A stretch of 30,816 nt of DNA from an uncultured Clostridium sp. (GCA_947388675.1 CANDRW010000021.1:1-30816); one strand, 5' to 3'; counted from the stretch's first letter, positions 1-8,346 are shown. The notes: generated by a model not told the origin, from the letters alone. A program made the numbers and translations.

Positions 1-1375
1 TGGCAGAGATTATATAAAAACAGGTTATTACATAGAAAACTACTTTCCAGAAAATAGTATTCGCTATGTTTCTATATTAGATGGAATAGACACTTATTTA
101 GATAGCACCAATAATGATGTAACACCATTTAAAGCAATTATTAACGATATGTATGCAAAAGATATTTCTAAAAAGATTAAAGGTGTATTAAAAGAAAATG
201 AATTAAAGGGAGAATATTTAGGAAGCTATGCACCTTATGGTTACAAGAAAAGCAAAGAACAGAAAAATAAATTGGAAATAGATGAAAATGTTTCAAAAAT
301 AGTAGAAAGAATTTTTGAGTTATATGAAGAAGGTAATGGTTTTCAAAAGATAGCAACCATATTGGATAATGAAAATGTAATAACACCAAGCAAGTATTTA
401 GGAATGAGTCATCAAAGAGAAAGTTGGAGTCCTAAAACAATAAGAGCCATACTTGTAAATGAAGCATATATTGGAAATACTGTTCAAAATAAATGTACAT
501 CGATATCCTACAAAATAAAGAAAAAGAGAAAGAAAAATCCAGAAGAATATATTAGAGTGGAAAACACCCATAATCCAATTATTTCAAAAGAATTATTTTA
601 CAAGGTTCAAGAAATGATAAAAAGCAAAAAGAATGTATCGTTACCCAAGCATAATTTTCTACTAAAAGGTTTACTATTTTGTCATAATTGCAAAAGAAAG
701 TTAAGAGTATGTTATAGAGGTAAAAATACTAAAATAGGATACATAGATTGTAGCTTAGCAAGGGGAAAAGAGAAGAAATGCCAAACTTGCAATTATAACT
801 ACAATAAGTTTGAAGAAAAAGTGCTAACTATTATTAGAGAAATATGCAATACATATGCAGATAAAAACGAACTAAAAAAGATATATGAAAAATATAAAAA
901 CAATTATGAAAGTTTAATTGAAAAAGAAAATAGGCAGCTAAAAAGTATAGAAAACAAAGTAGCAGAGATATCCAAGAAAATAGATAAAATTTACTTAGAC
1001 AGTGTAAATGGCTTGATTTCAAATGATGACTACTTTAAATATTCCAAAGGATTTATAGAAGAGAGAGAAAGACTAAAAAAAGAAAAGATAAGTATTGAGG
1101 AAAAGATAAATATTTTAAAAGAGAAGAAGCAAAACAAGGAAAATGATGCAAACATAGAAGCAATTGTTAATGACTTTCTAAAACTTGAAAATCCAAGTAG
1201 GAAAATCTTACATGAACTAATAGACAGAATAGAATTAGACGAATACAAAAATATTTACATTTACTTTAACTTTTCTGAATTAAATATGCTAAGTGACCAA
1301 TTAGGAAAAGAATGTATTATACAAAGTGCATAGTCATAACATAAAATTTTTTTATATAGTATTGGTAACTTTATA
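1..1375 (+). mobile_element. Right-hand end of an integrated mobile element (prophage or Tn4451/Tn5397-like transposon/ICE). The body of the element lies upstream of the window.
   Basis: A large serine recombinase gene runs off the left edge and stops at 1333. Peroxiredoxin homology starts abruptly at about 1376 with no N-terminal third. The element/host junction must therefore lie in about 1334..1378. Confidence 0.55.
2..1333 (+). CDS. Large serine recombinase (TnpX/TndX-like), 5'-partial at the window edge
   Basis: The track ORF is 149..1333. The same frame stays open back to base 2 (GRDYIKTGYYIENYFPENSIRYVSILDGIDTYLDSTNNDVTPFKAIINDMYAKDISKKIK), so the catalytic domain lies upstream of the window. 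It has a recombinase domain, a Cys-rich zinc ribbon (CHNCKRKLRVC...CSLARGKEKKCQTC), a long coiled coil and a DUF4368-like tail (LHELIDRIELDEYKNIYIYFNF). Confidence 0.85.
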   Translation, partial: GRDYIKTGYYIENYFPENSIRYVSILDGIDTYLDSTNNDVTPFKAIINDMYAKDISKKIKGVLKENELKGEYLGSYAPYGYKKSKEQKNKLEIDENVSKIVERIFELYEEGNGFQKIATILDNENVITPSKYLGMSHQRESWSPKTIRAILVNEAYIGNTVQNKCTSISYKIKKKRKKNPEEYIRVENTHNPIISKELFYKVQEMIKSKKNVSLPKHNFLLKGLLFCHNCKRKLRVCYRGKNTKIGYIDCSLARGKEKKCQTCNYNYNKFEEKVLTIIREICNTYADKNELKKIYEKYKNNYESLIEKENRQLKSIENKVAEISKKIDKIYLDSVNGLISNDDYFKYSKGFIEERERLKKEKISIEEKINILKEKKQNKENDANIEAIVNDFLKLENPSRKILHELIDRIELDEYKNIYIYFNFSELNMLSDQLGKECIIQSA

Positions 1376-1870
1376 AGTGCCTCACACTTAGCATGGCTAT
1401 ATGATATCTACTGCAAAACAGGAATTAGAGTGCCATTTCCAATCATTAGTGATAGAAATGGGAAAATTGCTAGAAAATATGGAATGATATCTAATGATGT
1501 AAGTAATACAGAAACTGTGAGAAATGTTTTCATTATAGATGATAAAGGAATAGTTAGACTAATTCTTGTTTATCCGATGAATGTAGGAAGATCAATCCCA
1601 GAAATTTTAAGAGCATTAACTGCACTTCAAGTAGCAGACGCTAACAAACTTTCTATGCCAGCAAATTGGATACCTTGTGAGCCAGGAATTTTAGCTGTTC
1701 CAAAAACTTTTGCAGAATTAGAAGCGAGAAAAAGAGAAATGGAAAAAAATCAGAATGGAATGAGTTGGTATCTAGGTTTTCAAAATGTAAAAGATTGTAA
1801 GGTGTTAGAAAATGATAATTGCGCTTGTGATAAAATAGAAGAAAAGGTAAATAAAGAATTAGAGAGATAA
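1376..1870 (+). pseudogene. Peroxiredoxin (1-Cys/Prx6-type, AhpC/TSA family), 3' fragment lacking the N-terminal peroxidatic-Cys region
   Basis: The frame of track ORF 1430..1870 read from about 1376 gives SASHLAWLYDIYCKTGIRVPFPIISDRNGKIARKYGM...VFIIDDKGIVRLILVYPMNVGRSIPEILRALTALQVADANKLSMPANW. This is the typical central and C-terminal part of a Prx. An in-frame TAA lies at 1337..1339 and no PxCT(T/P)E region is present. Confidence 0.75.
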
Positions 1871-2001
1871 GAGTAAATAAGTTTAGATAAAAAAGCCAGA
1901 TTAGTTTTGAGCAAATCTTAAATTAAAAATATGTTAAATAAAATTTGAAAAAAATAGCCATACTAATAATATTGAAAAATATTAAAGGAGGCTATTTTTT
2001 T

Positions 2002-2166
2002 ATGGAAAAAAATCAAAAAATCAATTGTACCGTAACAAGTTGTAAATACAATGATAAACAATGTCAAGAATGTAAATTAGAACAAATTATAGTAACACCA
2101 ATTATTGGCTGTGAAACCAAAGAGCCAGATGAGTCTATGTGCAGTAGTTATAAACATGAAAAATAA
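2002..2166 (+). CDS. Small Cys-rich DUF1540-like protein
   Basis: ATG at 2002 lies about 9 nt after AAAGGAGG (1985..1992). The product MEKNQKINCTVTSCKYNDKQCQECKLEQIIVTP...CSSYKHEK has the C-x2-C-x-N ... C-x-x-x-I-x-V pattern of DUF1540. Confidence 0.6.
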   Translation: MEKNQKINCTVTSCKYNDKQCQECKLEQIIVTPIIGCETKEPDESMCSSYKHEK

Positions 2167-2252
2167 TTGACGTTTTATGTTGAAAAATAATGAAAAATGT
2201 GTATAATAAACTTAGTACGTTTCAAAAGAACTATTTTTTAGGAGGGATATTG

Positions 2253-2903
2253 ATGAAAATTCAATTGCCCAAAACGTTCGAGTATCATGATGGACCCACA
2301 CATGCTGTGGTTCATGATGGAGTCTTAGAAATGACTCCTATTGATTTCGAGAAAACGATGTATCATTTGACTTATCGGCTAAAAGGAAAGGTAAGGTGTG
2401 CTTATTGTCACAGAGTTCTAGATGCAAATAGACTTACGTTAGATCATGTTTTTCCACGGGATCATGGTGGGATATCTATCCCAAACAACTTAAAGCCATG
2501 TTGTAAAAGATGTAATGAAGCAAAGAATAATTTACTTCCATGGCAGTATAGTAGCTTGCAGAATTTATCTAAAAAAGAAAAAGCGCAGGCAGAAGAAAAA
2601 TATCAACTTGAGAACATGGAAGCAAGAAGAGGAAAGGGAATTCTAATTCCTAGAAAATGGTACGAGATGAGGAAGAATTATTCTGTATTTGCATTAATTA
2701 CTTCTGAACGGCCATTTAAGGAGTCAAAAAAATATCAAAGAGTGCTGGAAATGTATGAAACATATGGAAGGATTTGCAAACCCATCGTGGTATCACAAAA
2801 CCGTTTTGTACTAGATGGTTTTACGGCGCTTTTAGTAGCAAAAAATTTAGGGTTAGACATTCCGCTTCCCTTTATTACCTTAGAAAATGTCATTGTCATT
2901 TGA
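2253..2903 (+). CDS. HNH endonuclease fused to a ParB/Srx-like C-terminal domain
   Basis: ATG at 2253 follows AGGAGGG (2240..2246). HNH motif: CAYCHRVL...LTLDHVFPRDHGG...NLKPCCKRCNEAKNN. The C-terminus, PIVVSQNRFVLDGFTALLVAKNLGLDIPLPFI, resembles the ParB N-terminal-domain core. The gene uses three in-frame CGG Arg codons and looks slightly GC-richer than its neighbours. Confidence 0.7.
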   Translation: MKIQLPKTFEYHDGPTHAVVHDGVLEMTPIDFEKTMYHLTYRLKGKVRCAYCHRVLDANRLTLDHVFPRDHGGISIPNNLKPCCKRCNEAKNNLLPWQYSSLQNLSKKEKAQAEEKYQLENMEARRGKGILIPRKWYEMRKNYSVFALITSERPFKESKKYQRVLEMYETYGRICKPIVVSQNRFVLDGFTALLVAKNLGLDIPLPFITLENVIVI

Positions 2904-2906
2904 AGC

Positions 2907-2946
2907 AACTCCTCCAAGACATGTTATGTTTTGGAGGAGTTTATTT
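2907..2946 (+). terminator. Rho-independent terminator of the HNH gene
   Basis: An 11-bp stem, AACTCCTCCAA (2907..2917) with TTGGAGGAGTT (2931..2941), is followed by a T-rich tract. Confidence 0.7.
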
Positions 2947-3010
2947 AATACTTGACTTTTAAAATAATTAGCAATAAAATAGGGTAAAAATAACAAAGGA
3001 GGATAAAATT

Positions 3011-3940
3011 ATGCCATTAGTAACAACAAAAGATATGTTTGAAAAATCAATGAAGGAACATTTTGCTATAGGAGCATTTAATGTTAATAATATGGAGATT
3101 ATACAAGGTATTGTAGATGCAGCAGCATCTGAAAATTCACCAGTTATTTTACAAGCATCTTCTAGTGCAATTAAGTATGCAAGAATAGGATATTTAAGAA
3201 AGATGATAGAAGCAGCATTAGAAGAACATGATATTCCTGTTGCACTACATTTGGATCATGGAGCAGATTTTGAAACTTGTAAAATGTGTATTGATAATGG
3301 TTTTACATCTGTTATGATAGATGGTTCTAAATATGACTTTGAGGAAAATATTGCTGTAACAAAACAAGTAGTAGAATATGCTCATAGCAAAGGAGTTGTA
3401 GTAGAAGCAGAACTTGGAAAACTAGCAGGAGTAGAAGATGAGGTAAATGTAGAGGCATCTGATGCAATGTATACAGACCCAGACCAAGCAAAAGAGTTTG
3501 TAGAAAGAACAGGATGTGATTCCTTAGCCATTGCAATTGGAACAAGCCATGGTGCATATAAATTTAAAGGAGAGGCAAAATTAAGATTTGATATTTTGCA
3601 AAAAATAAAGGAAAAATTACCAAATACTCCAATTGTATTACATGGTGCCTCAACAGTTATTCCAGAATTAGTAGAAATGTGTAATCAATATGGTGGAGAT
3701 ATTCCAGGAGCAAAAGGTGTTCCAGATGAAATGTTAAATGAAGCAAGCAAGTCAGGAGTTTCTAAAATCAATGTAGATACAGACTTACGTTTAGCAATGA
3801 CTGCAGCAATTAGAAAAACATTTGCAGAAGATGCTTCTGTATTTGACCCAAGAAAATATATGTTACTAGCAAGAGATTTAATTAAAGAAACAGTACAACA
3901 CAAAATAAGAGATGTATTTGGTTCTAGTAATAAGGCTTAA
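3011..3940 (+). CDS. fba: Class II fructose-1,6-bisphosphate aldolase
   Basis: The product matches the family along its full length: MPLVTTKDMFEKSMKEHFAIGAFNVNNMEIIQGIVDAA...PVALHLDHG...AIGTSHGAYKF...LHGAS. RBS AAGGAGG lies upstream. Confidence 0.92.
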   Translation: MPLVTTKDMFEKSMKEHFAIGAFNVNNMEIIQGIVDAAASENSPVILQASSSAIKYARIGYLRKMIEAALEEHDIPVALHLDHGADFETCKMCIDNGFTSVMIDGSKYDFEENIAVTKQVVEYAHSKGVVVEAELGKLAGVEDEVNVEASDAMYTDPDQAKEFVERTGCDSLAIAIGTSHGAYKFKGEAKLRFDILQKIKEKLPNTPIVLHGASTVIPELVEMCNQYGGDIPGAKGVPDEMLNEASKSGVSKINVDTDLRLAMTAAIRKTFAEDASVFDPRKYMLLARDLIKETVQHKIRDVFGSSNKA

Positions 3941-3950
3941 TGTCACTTTA

Positions 3951-4030
3951 GGGACGTTCTTTAAAACTGACAAAAGTGTCAGTTAAACCTACGTCCCCAA
4001 AACTGACAAAAATGTCAGTTTCAGGGACAT
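3951..4030. repeat. Tandem perfect palindromes ACTGACA-N4-TGTCAGT (x2) interleaved with GGGAC(G/A)T / ACGTCCC arms
   Basis: The arrangement is: GGGACGT (3951..3957), then AAAACTGACAAAAGTGTCAGTT, then ACGTCCC (3991..3997), then AAAACTGACAAAAATGTCAGTT (3999..4020), then GGGACAT (4024..4030). It forms nested and tandem hairpins in the convergent fba/smpB spacer. Confidence 0.7.
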
Positions 4031-4038
4031 ACTTAAAA

Positions 4039-4075
4039 ACACAGTTTACTATAAAATAGCAAACTGTGTTTTTTT
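4039..4075. terminator. Bidirectional rho-independent terminator shared by fba (+) and smpB (-)
   Basis: Stem ACACAGTTT (4039..4047) pairs with AAACTGTGT (4061..4069). A T6 run follows on the plus strand and T4 on the minus strand. It overlaps the smpB stop codon. Confidence 0.8.
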
Positions 4076-4524
4076 AAACCTTTCCAAATTGTTGTCTTAA
4101 TCTTCGCTCAGCATCTTTTTTAGCAATATCTTCACGCTTATCATATAATTTTTTCCCCTTGCAAATACCAAGTTCCATTTTAACAAATCTACCAGAAAAA
4201 TATAGGCTAATAGGGACTAGAGTATAACCTTGTTGTTTAATAAGTCCAATCAATTTATGTATTTCTTTTTTATTTAATAAAAGCTTGCGATCACGTAAAG
4301 GGTCTTTATTAAAAATATTTCCTTGTTCATAAGGAGAGATGTGCATGCTATAAAGATAAGCTTCTCCATTCTTAATACTTGCATAACTATCCTTTAGATT
4401 TACTTTCCCGGTTACGAATTGATTTTATTTCAGTTCCTGTTAAAACAATTCCCGCTTCTAATGTATCTGTTATAGTATAATTATGTCTAGCTACAGGATT
4501 TGTAGCAATTACTTTTTTATTCAT
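4074..4524 (-). pseudogene. smpB: SsrA-binding protein SmpB, interrupted as assembled by one extra base at codon 39
   Basis: Track ORF 4074..4346 is the SmpB C-terminal part ([10 protein letters not shown]...[21 protein letters not shown]). From ATG 4524 (RBS AGGAG) the minus strand reads [38 protein letters not shown], then CGG, and hits a stop 6 codons later. Skipping one base gives [29 protein letters not shown]. The length of 451 nt equals 150 codons plus 1. Confidence 0.88.
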
Positions 4525-4665
4525 ATATGTAAACTCCTTTAAATTATTGTATAACTTTATATTAGTTTATTTCAGTTATTTTTGAAATAGTCTTAATAGT
4601 ATCTGCTTGAAAAATAGAAAAACACATATTATTAAGACTATTTAACTAATAATAACTAATTAACA

Positions 4666-5136
4666 TTACTCATCATCATTATCATCATGATTATAAGTAG
4701 TTATGTTGTTTTGTTTTGCATAATACATCACTAAAGCTACAATGATAATACCAACAATTGCAAGAACCATCCAAGTCCATACATTGTTTGATATATTACC
4801 AAATAGACCAGTAGCACCAGTATCAGCAGATGTTCTAGTAGCTGTATAACCACCATTATTATCAGTTGTTATACCACTTGTTCTATTATCACGGTTCATA
4901 CCATTGTCAATACCATTAGCAACATCTCTAGCACCATTTCCAACAGCATTTGCGCCATCTTTAACGCCATTCACAACGCTTTTTCCAGCATTTTCCATTA
5001 CGTTCTCAGCGCCACCAACAAAGTTTCTAATACCATTTACGGCATTGTCCATATCAGTATTGGCAAATACATTTGGAATAAATGCAAAAGTAAAAATAGC
5101 TAATACAATAGCTGTTATAAAAAGTTTCTTTTTCAT
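4666..5136 (-). CDS. Hypothetical secreted/membrane-anchored protein: signal peptide, Asn/Gly/Asp-rich repeats, C-terminal TM segment
   Basis: ATG at 5136 follows AAAGGAGG. The protein starts MKKKLFITAIVLAIFTFAFIPNVFA, then has repeated NG-x-x-D/N-x-x-N units, then WTWMVLAIVGIIIVALVMYY and an acidic tail. The upstream part of the track ORF lacks an RBS. Confidence 0.6.
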   Translation of the reverse strand: MKKKLFITAIVLAIFTFAFIPNVFANTDMDNAVNGIRNFVGGAENVMENAGKSVVNGVKDGANAVGNGARDVANGIDNGMNRDNRTSGITTDNNGGYTATRTSADTGATGLFGNISNNVWTWMVLAIVGIIIVALVMYYAKQNNITTYNHDDNDDE

Positions 5137-5231
5137 AAGACGAAATCCTCCTTTTATCAAAATTGGGTTCAATATTATTATTCATTTTAAAAAATAAAAT
5201 ATTCTGATAAAAAGTGGAAACTCTTAAATTT

Positions 5232-5263
5232 AAAAAACTGTTAAACTTTGAAAAATTTAACAG
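5232..5263 (-). terminator. Rho-independent terminator of the 5273..5671 gene
   Basis: Stem CTGTTAAA (5238..5245) pairs with TTTAACAG (5256..5263). On the minus strand a T6 run follows (plus-strand A run 5232..5237). Confidence 0.65.
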
Positions 5264-5272
5264 TTTTAGAAT

Positions 5273-5671
5273 TTACTTTAAACGAATCATAATAGCGATA
5301 GCTAACAAAATTAAAATAACACCAACTGTAATTAATAAAATGTTGATAATATTTGTTACAGATAATCCAGAATTAGAAGAATCATTAGTGGTTGGCTCTA
5401 AAGTTTGCATATCATCTAATGGATTGTCAGGAGTTGTAGGTGGTGTATTATCATCAAGTGTAGTATTATTATCAGTAACATTGGGATTAGTTTGGTTATT
5501 ATTAGCTATTTGATTATTATCAACTATTTGATTATTAGTATCCTCATTATTTGTTTGAGTGTTATCTGTTCCTGGTAAATTTAAGTTAATATTTGCAGCA
5601 GATGAGCAAATAGTGCAAATACTAAATAAAACTAATAAAATTAAAAATATTTTTAACGATTTTTTTGTCAT
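5273..5671 (-). CDS. Hypothetical secreted/membrane-anchored low-complexity protein (signal peptide, N/T/D/Q-rich region, C-terminal TM)
   Basis: ATG at 5671 follows AAGGGAGG. The protein starts MTKKSLKIFLILLVLFSICTICSSAA, then has Asn/Thr/Asp/Pro-rich low complexity, then IINILLITVGVILILLAIAIMI. The architecture matches the gene downstream. Confidence 0.55.
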   Translation of the reverse strand: MTKKSLKIFLILLVLFSICTICSSAANINLNLPGTDNTQTNNEDTNNQIVDNNQIANNNQTNPNVTDNNTTLDDNTPPTTPDNPLDDMQTLEPTTNDSSNSGLSVTNIINILLITVGVILILLAIAIMIRLK

Positions 5672-5839
5672 TTCAAAAAATCCTCCCTTATCTATTGTTA
5701 CCATATAATCATACACAATTCATAAAAAAAAGTCTATACATTTTTGAAATTTTTTTATAATACTTAATTAATTTGAAAAATTATGTACTTTTGAAAAGTA
5801 GATATGGTATAATAAATGCGAAAAATGAGGAAAAAGAAA

Positions 5840-6148
5840 ATGTATTATATTTATATGTTAAGATGTGAAGATAATTCAATATATACAGGTATTACTAATG
5901 ATATTAAAAGACGTTGGGAAGAACATCACAGTAAAGATGAAAAAGGGGCTAAATATACAAAAGGACATAATGTACAAAAAATAGAAGCACTGTGGATAGC
6001 CGAAGACAGGGCTCTAGCTTCAAAATTAGAATATCATATCAAACATTTAACGAAAGATAAGAAGGAAGAATTAATAAGAACAAAAGATTTATCAAAGTAC
6101 TTAAGTAAAAAAATAGAATGTGATAGATATAAGTATATGGAGAATTAG
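5840..6148 (+). CDS. GIY-YIG nuclease superfamily protein (UPF0213/YhbQ-like)
   Basis: The product MYYIYMLRCEDNSIYTGITNDIKRRWEEHHSK...GAKYTK carries the GIY-YIG signature. ATG at 5840 follows GAGGA. An extended -10 (TGgTATAAT) lies at 5805..5813. Confidence 0.75.
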   Translation: MYYIYMLRCEDNSIYTGITNDIKRRWEEHHSKDEKGAKYTKGHNVQKIEALWIAEDRALASKLEYHIKHLTKDKKEELIRTKDLSKYLSKKIECDRYKYMEN

Positions 6149-6150
6149 AT

Positions 6151-8346
6151 ATGATAAGAAGAGATGTTGTTTATGGAAATATAGAATTAGATGGAATTTA
6201 TGAAGAAATTGTAAAATCAAAAGATTTTTCAAGATTAAAAGACATTATACAAACAGCTTTTAATCATATTCAATACCCTGAATTAGAACAAGAAACTCGT
6301 TATGAACACAGCATAGGTGTATATTATTTAATGTGTAGAACTTTAAACAATTTAGAGAGAAAATTAAGTGCCTATGGTCTTCATATTTCTAAAGAAGAAA
6401 GAGAATTGGCAAAAATGGCTGCTTTATTGCATGATATAGGGCATGGTGTAAATTCTCATTTGCTAGAGGAAATAACAGGAGTATCTCATGAACAAAGAGG
6501 TATAGACATTATTCAAGATTCTACCACAGAAATTCATCAAATTCTTAGAAAACACTATGGAGAAGATTTTGTTCAAAAATTAACAGAATTTATGAATTGC
6601 ATTTATGGAAATGGAGAAGTAGAAAAAAGTATTGAATTAAGAGATGACAATACAGTACCTTTAAAAGGCTTACTTGCTACCCTTATCTCTCATAATATTG
6701 ATTTAGACCGTATTGACTATTTAATGAGAGAATCTACTTATACAGGAATAGGGACATTAACGAATTATCAGGAATTAACAAACAGTTTTGAATGTATTTT
6801 AGCAGGAAATCAAATGATTTTAGCAATTCCACAAGAAAAGAAGTTTTTCTTAGAAGCTAATATTTTAGAAAGAACTAGAAATTATAGTGAAATTTATTTT
6901 TGCGACGCAGATTTTACTGGAAATTATGCATTTACACAATTATTATTAGAATTAAGAAAACATCCAGAAGAAGTACCAGATACTATTCCACAAGCCATTC
7001 GCAAGTTTTTAACACAAGAAAAAGCTGAGTTTACTAGTCAAGAATATATGCAATTAACAACTACACCTGTAGAGCAAGCAACTGAACAAATTGCACAAAC
7101 TACACAAAATGAAAAAATTAAATATTTGTGTCACTATAAAGAAAGTGCCAAAAAGGATTATCAAATTTTGTATAATGGAAGAAGTGAAAAGTATATTAGG
7201 AATTTATTAAAAAGAGTAATTCCAAATTTTCCAGAAAATTCCCATTGTATTTTTTCACAAGAAAGAATTATTAAACCATATAAAAAGACAAAGTTTGGAA
7301 GTACCAATATTATTACAAAAGCAGGAATTCAAAAGTTTGAAGATTTGCCAAATAGTGTTAGTTTAAAACCAATAAAAAGGTCAGTAATGGCTATAAATCC
7401 AGAACTGTTACGCTTAGAATTAGGACTTTCACAAGAGGAATTCCAAAGTAAATATGCAGACATATTAAAGGACATTATTACAAATCAATCAAAGCCAGTA
7501 CAAGATTTTGAACTCAAATATTTAATAACAGAACAAGATATTGGTGCAGAAGATATTATAGAAGAAGTAAGCAAGAAATATCCTGTTATAGATGGTGCAA
7601 CATATAGTTTTACGGACTATTATTATGATTTGCCAGAAGATTTTTCACTTTTAGGACAAGGAAAAGCGCTACGTATTAGACATGGAAGTACTCACTATCG
7701 AGGAGAACAGAGTAGAGGATATAAGAGCAAGAGAATTACATATAAGACTTATGAAGAAGAGGGAGAAACGACTTATACGAATAGAGCAAAACAAGAAGAA
7801 ATTGGAAACAGTATACAGATAGAAGATTATGTAGAGTTTCTTACATCTATTGATTTGACGGAAAAACTGGAAAATACTTTAACTGTAAAGGGATATAGGA
7901 GGCTTGTTACAATTAAAGTAAATGAGCAATTAATTGATGTCTCTTTTTGTGTAGCAAGTTATCAAAATTACATAAATGAAATGCCAGGATGTGCTAGAAC
8001 AATTGAAATTAGACCAAGAGATAATCAAATTATAGGAAGAGCGTTGTTATTACAAATCAAAAAAGAATTAGAAGAGGCTTTTCCTCAATTACAAAGTGCG
8101 ATTACAAATGCAAATATCTATGAAATTGGTATGGTGGATACTTACGATAAGTATAGAAAAGGATATATTGTTAGTGAAGCAGCAGAAGAATTTGAAAGGT
8201 TACATCCAGAATCAACAAAGAAACTAGATAATATTGTAGAAGATTTGATACAAACAAGAAATATGACGTATGTAATGAAAACGCCGTCAGTAGAGGAGTT
8301 GAGAAAAAAACAAGATAGAAGAGTTCCAGAAGAAGAGGAACTTTAG
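6151..8346 (+). CDS. HD-domain phosphohydrolase (SAMHD1/COG1078-like) fused to a C-terminal CYTH (triphosphate tunnel) domain
   Basis: HD signature residues: YEHSIGVYYL, AALLHDIGHGVNSH, NIDLDRIDYLMRES. The C-terminal roughly 270 aa start with DFELKYLI (an ExExK-like motif) and have alternating beta-like segments (ALRIRH, RITYKTY, RLVTIKV, RTIEIRP) typical of CYTH. The start lies 2 nt after the GIY-YIG stop. Confidence 0.7.
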   Translation: MIRRDVVYGNIELDGIYEEIVKSKDFSRLKDIIQTAFNHIQYPELEQETRYEHSIGVYYLMCRTLNNLERKLSAYGLHISKEERELAKMAALLHDIGHGVNSHLLEEITGVSHEQRGIDIIQDSTTEIHQILRKHYGEDFVQKLTEFMNCIYGNGEVEKSIELRDDNTVPLKGLLATLISHNIDLDRIDYLMRESTYTGIGTLTNYQELTNSFECILAGNQMILAIPQEKKFFLEANILERTRNYSEIYFCDADFTGNYAFTQLLLELRKHPEEVPDTIPQAIRKFLTQEKAEFTSQEYMQLTTTPVEQATEQIAQTTQNEKIKYLCHYKESAKKDYQILYNGRSEKYIRNLLKRVIPNFPENSHCIFSQERIIKPYKKTKFGSTNIITKAGIQKFEDLPNSVSLKPIKRSVMAINPELLRLELGLSQEEFQSKYADILKDIITNQSKPVQDFELKYLITEQDIGAEDIIEEVSKKYPVIDGATYSFTDYYYDLPEDFSLLGQGKALRIRHGSTHYRGEQSRGYKSKRITYKTYEEEGETTYTNRAKQEEIGNSIQIEDYVEFLTSIDLTEKLENTLTVKGYRRLVTIKVNEQLIDVSFCVASYQNYINEMPGCARTIEIRPRDNQIIGRALLLQIKKELEEAFPQLQSAITNANIYEIGMVDTYDKYRKGYIVSEAAEEFERLHPESTKKLDNIVEDLIQTRNMTYVMKTPSVEELRKKQDRRVPEEEEL

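Noticed and set aside
177-1248. Minus-strand ORFs 177..389, 834..1022 and 1030..1248
   Set aside because: They are antisense to the serine recombinase gene. Their Phe/Leu/Ser-rich translations are typical of the reverse strand of AT-rich, Lys/Glu-rich coding DNA.
2774-2962. 62-aa plus-strand ORF overlapping the 3' end of the HNH gene and its terminator
   Set aside because: It is an out-of-frame overlap with a well-supported CDS. It runs through the terminator hairpin and has no RBS.
4904-5513. Plus-strand ORFs 4904..5197 and 5214..5513
   Set aside because: They are antisense to the two minus-strand secreted-protein genes, which have strong RBSs and signal peptides. The plus-strand ORFs have no RBS.
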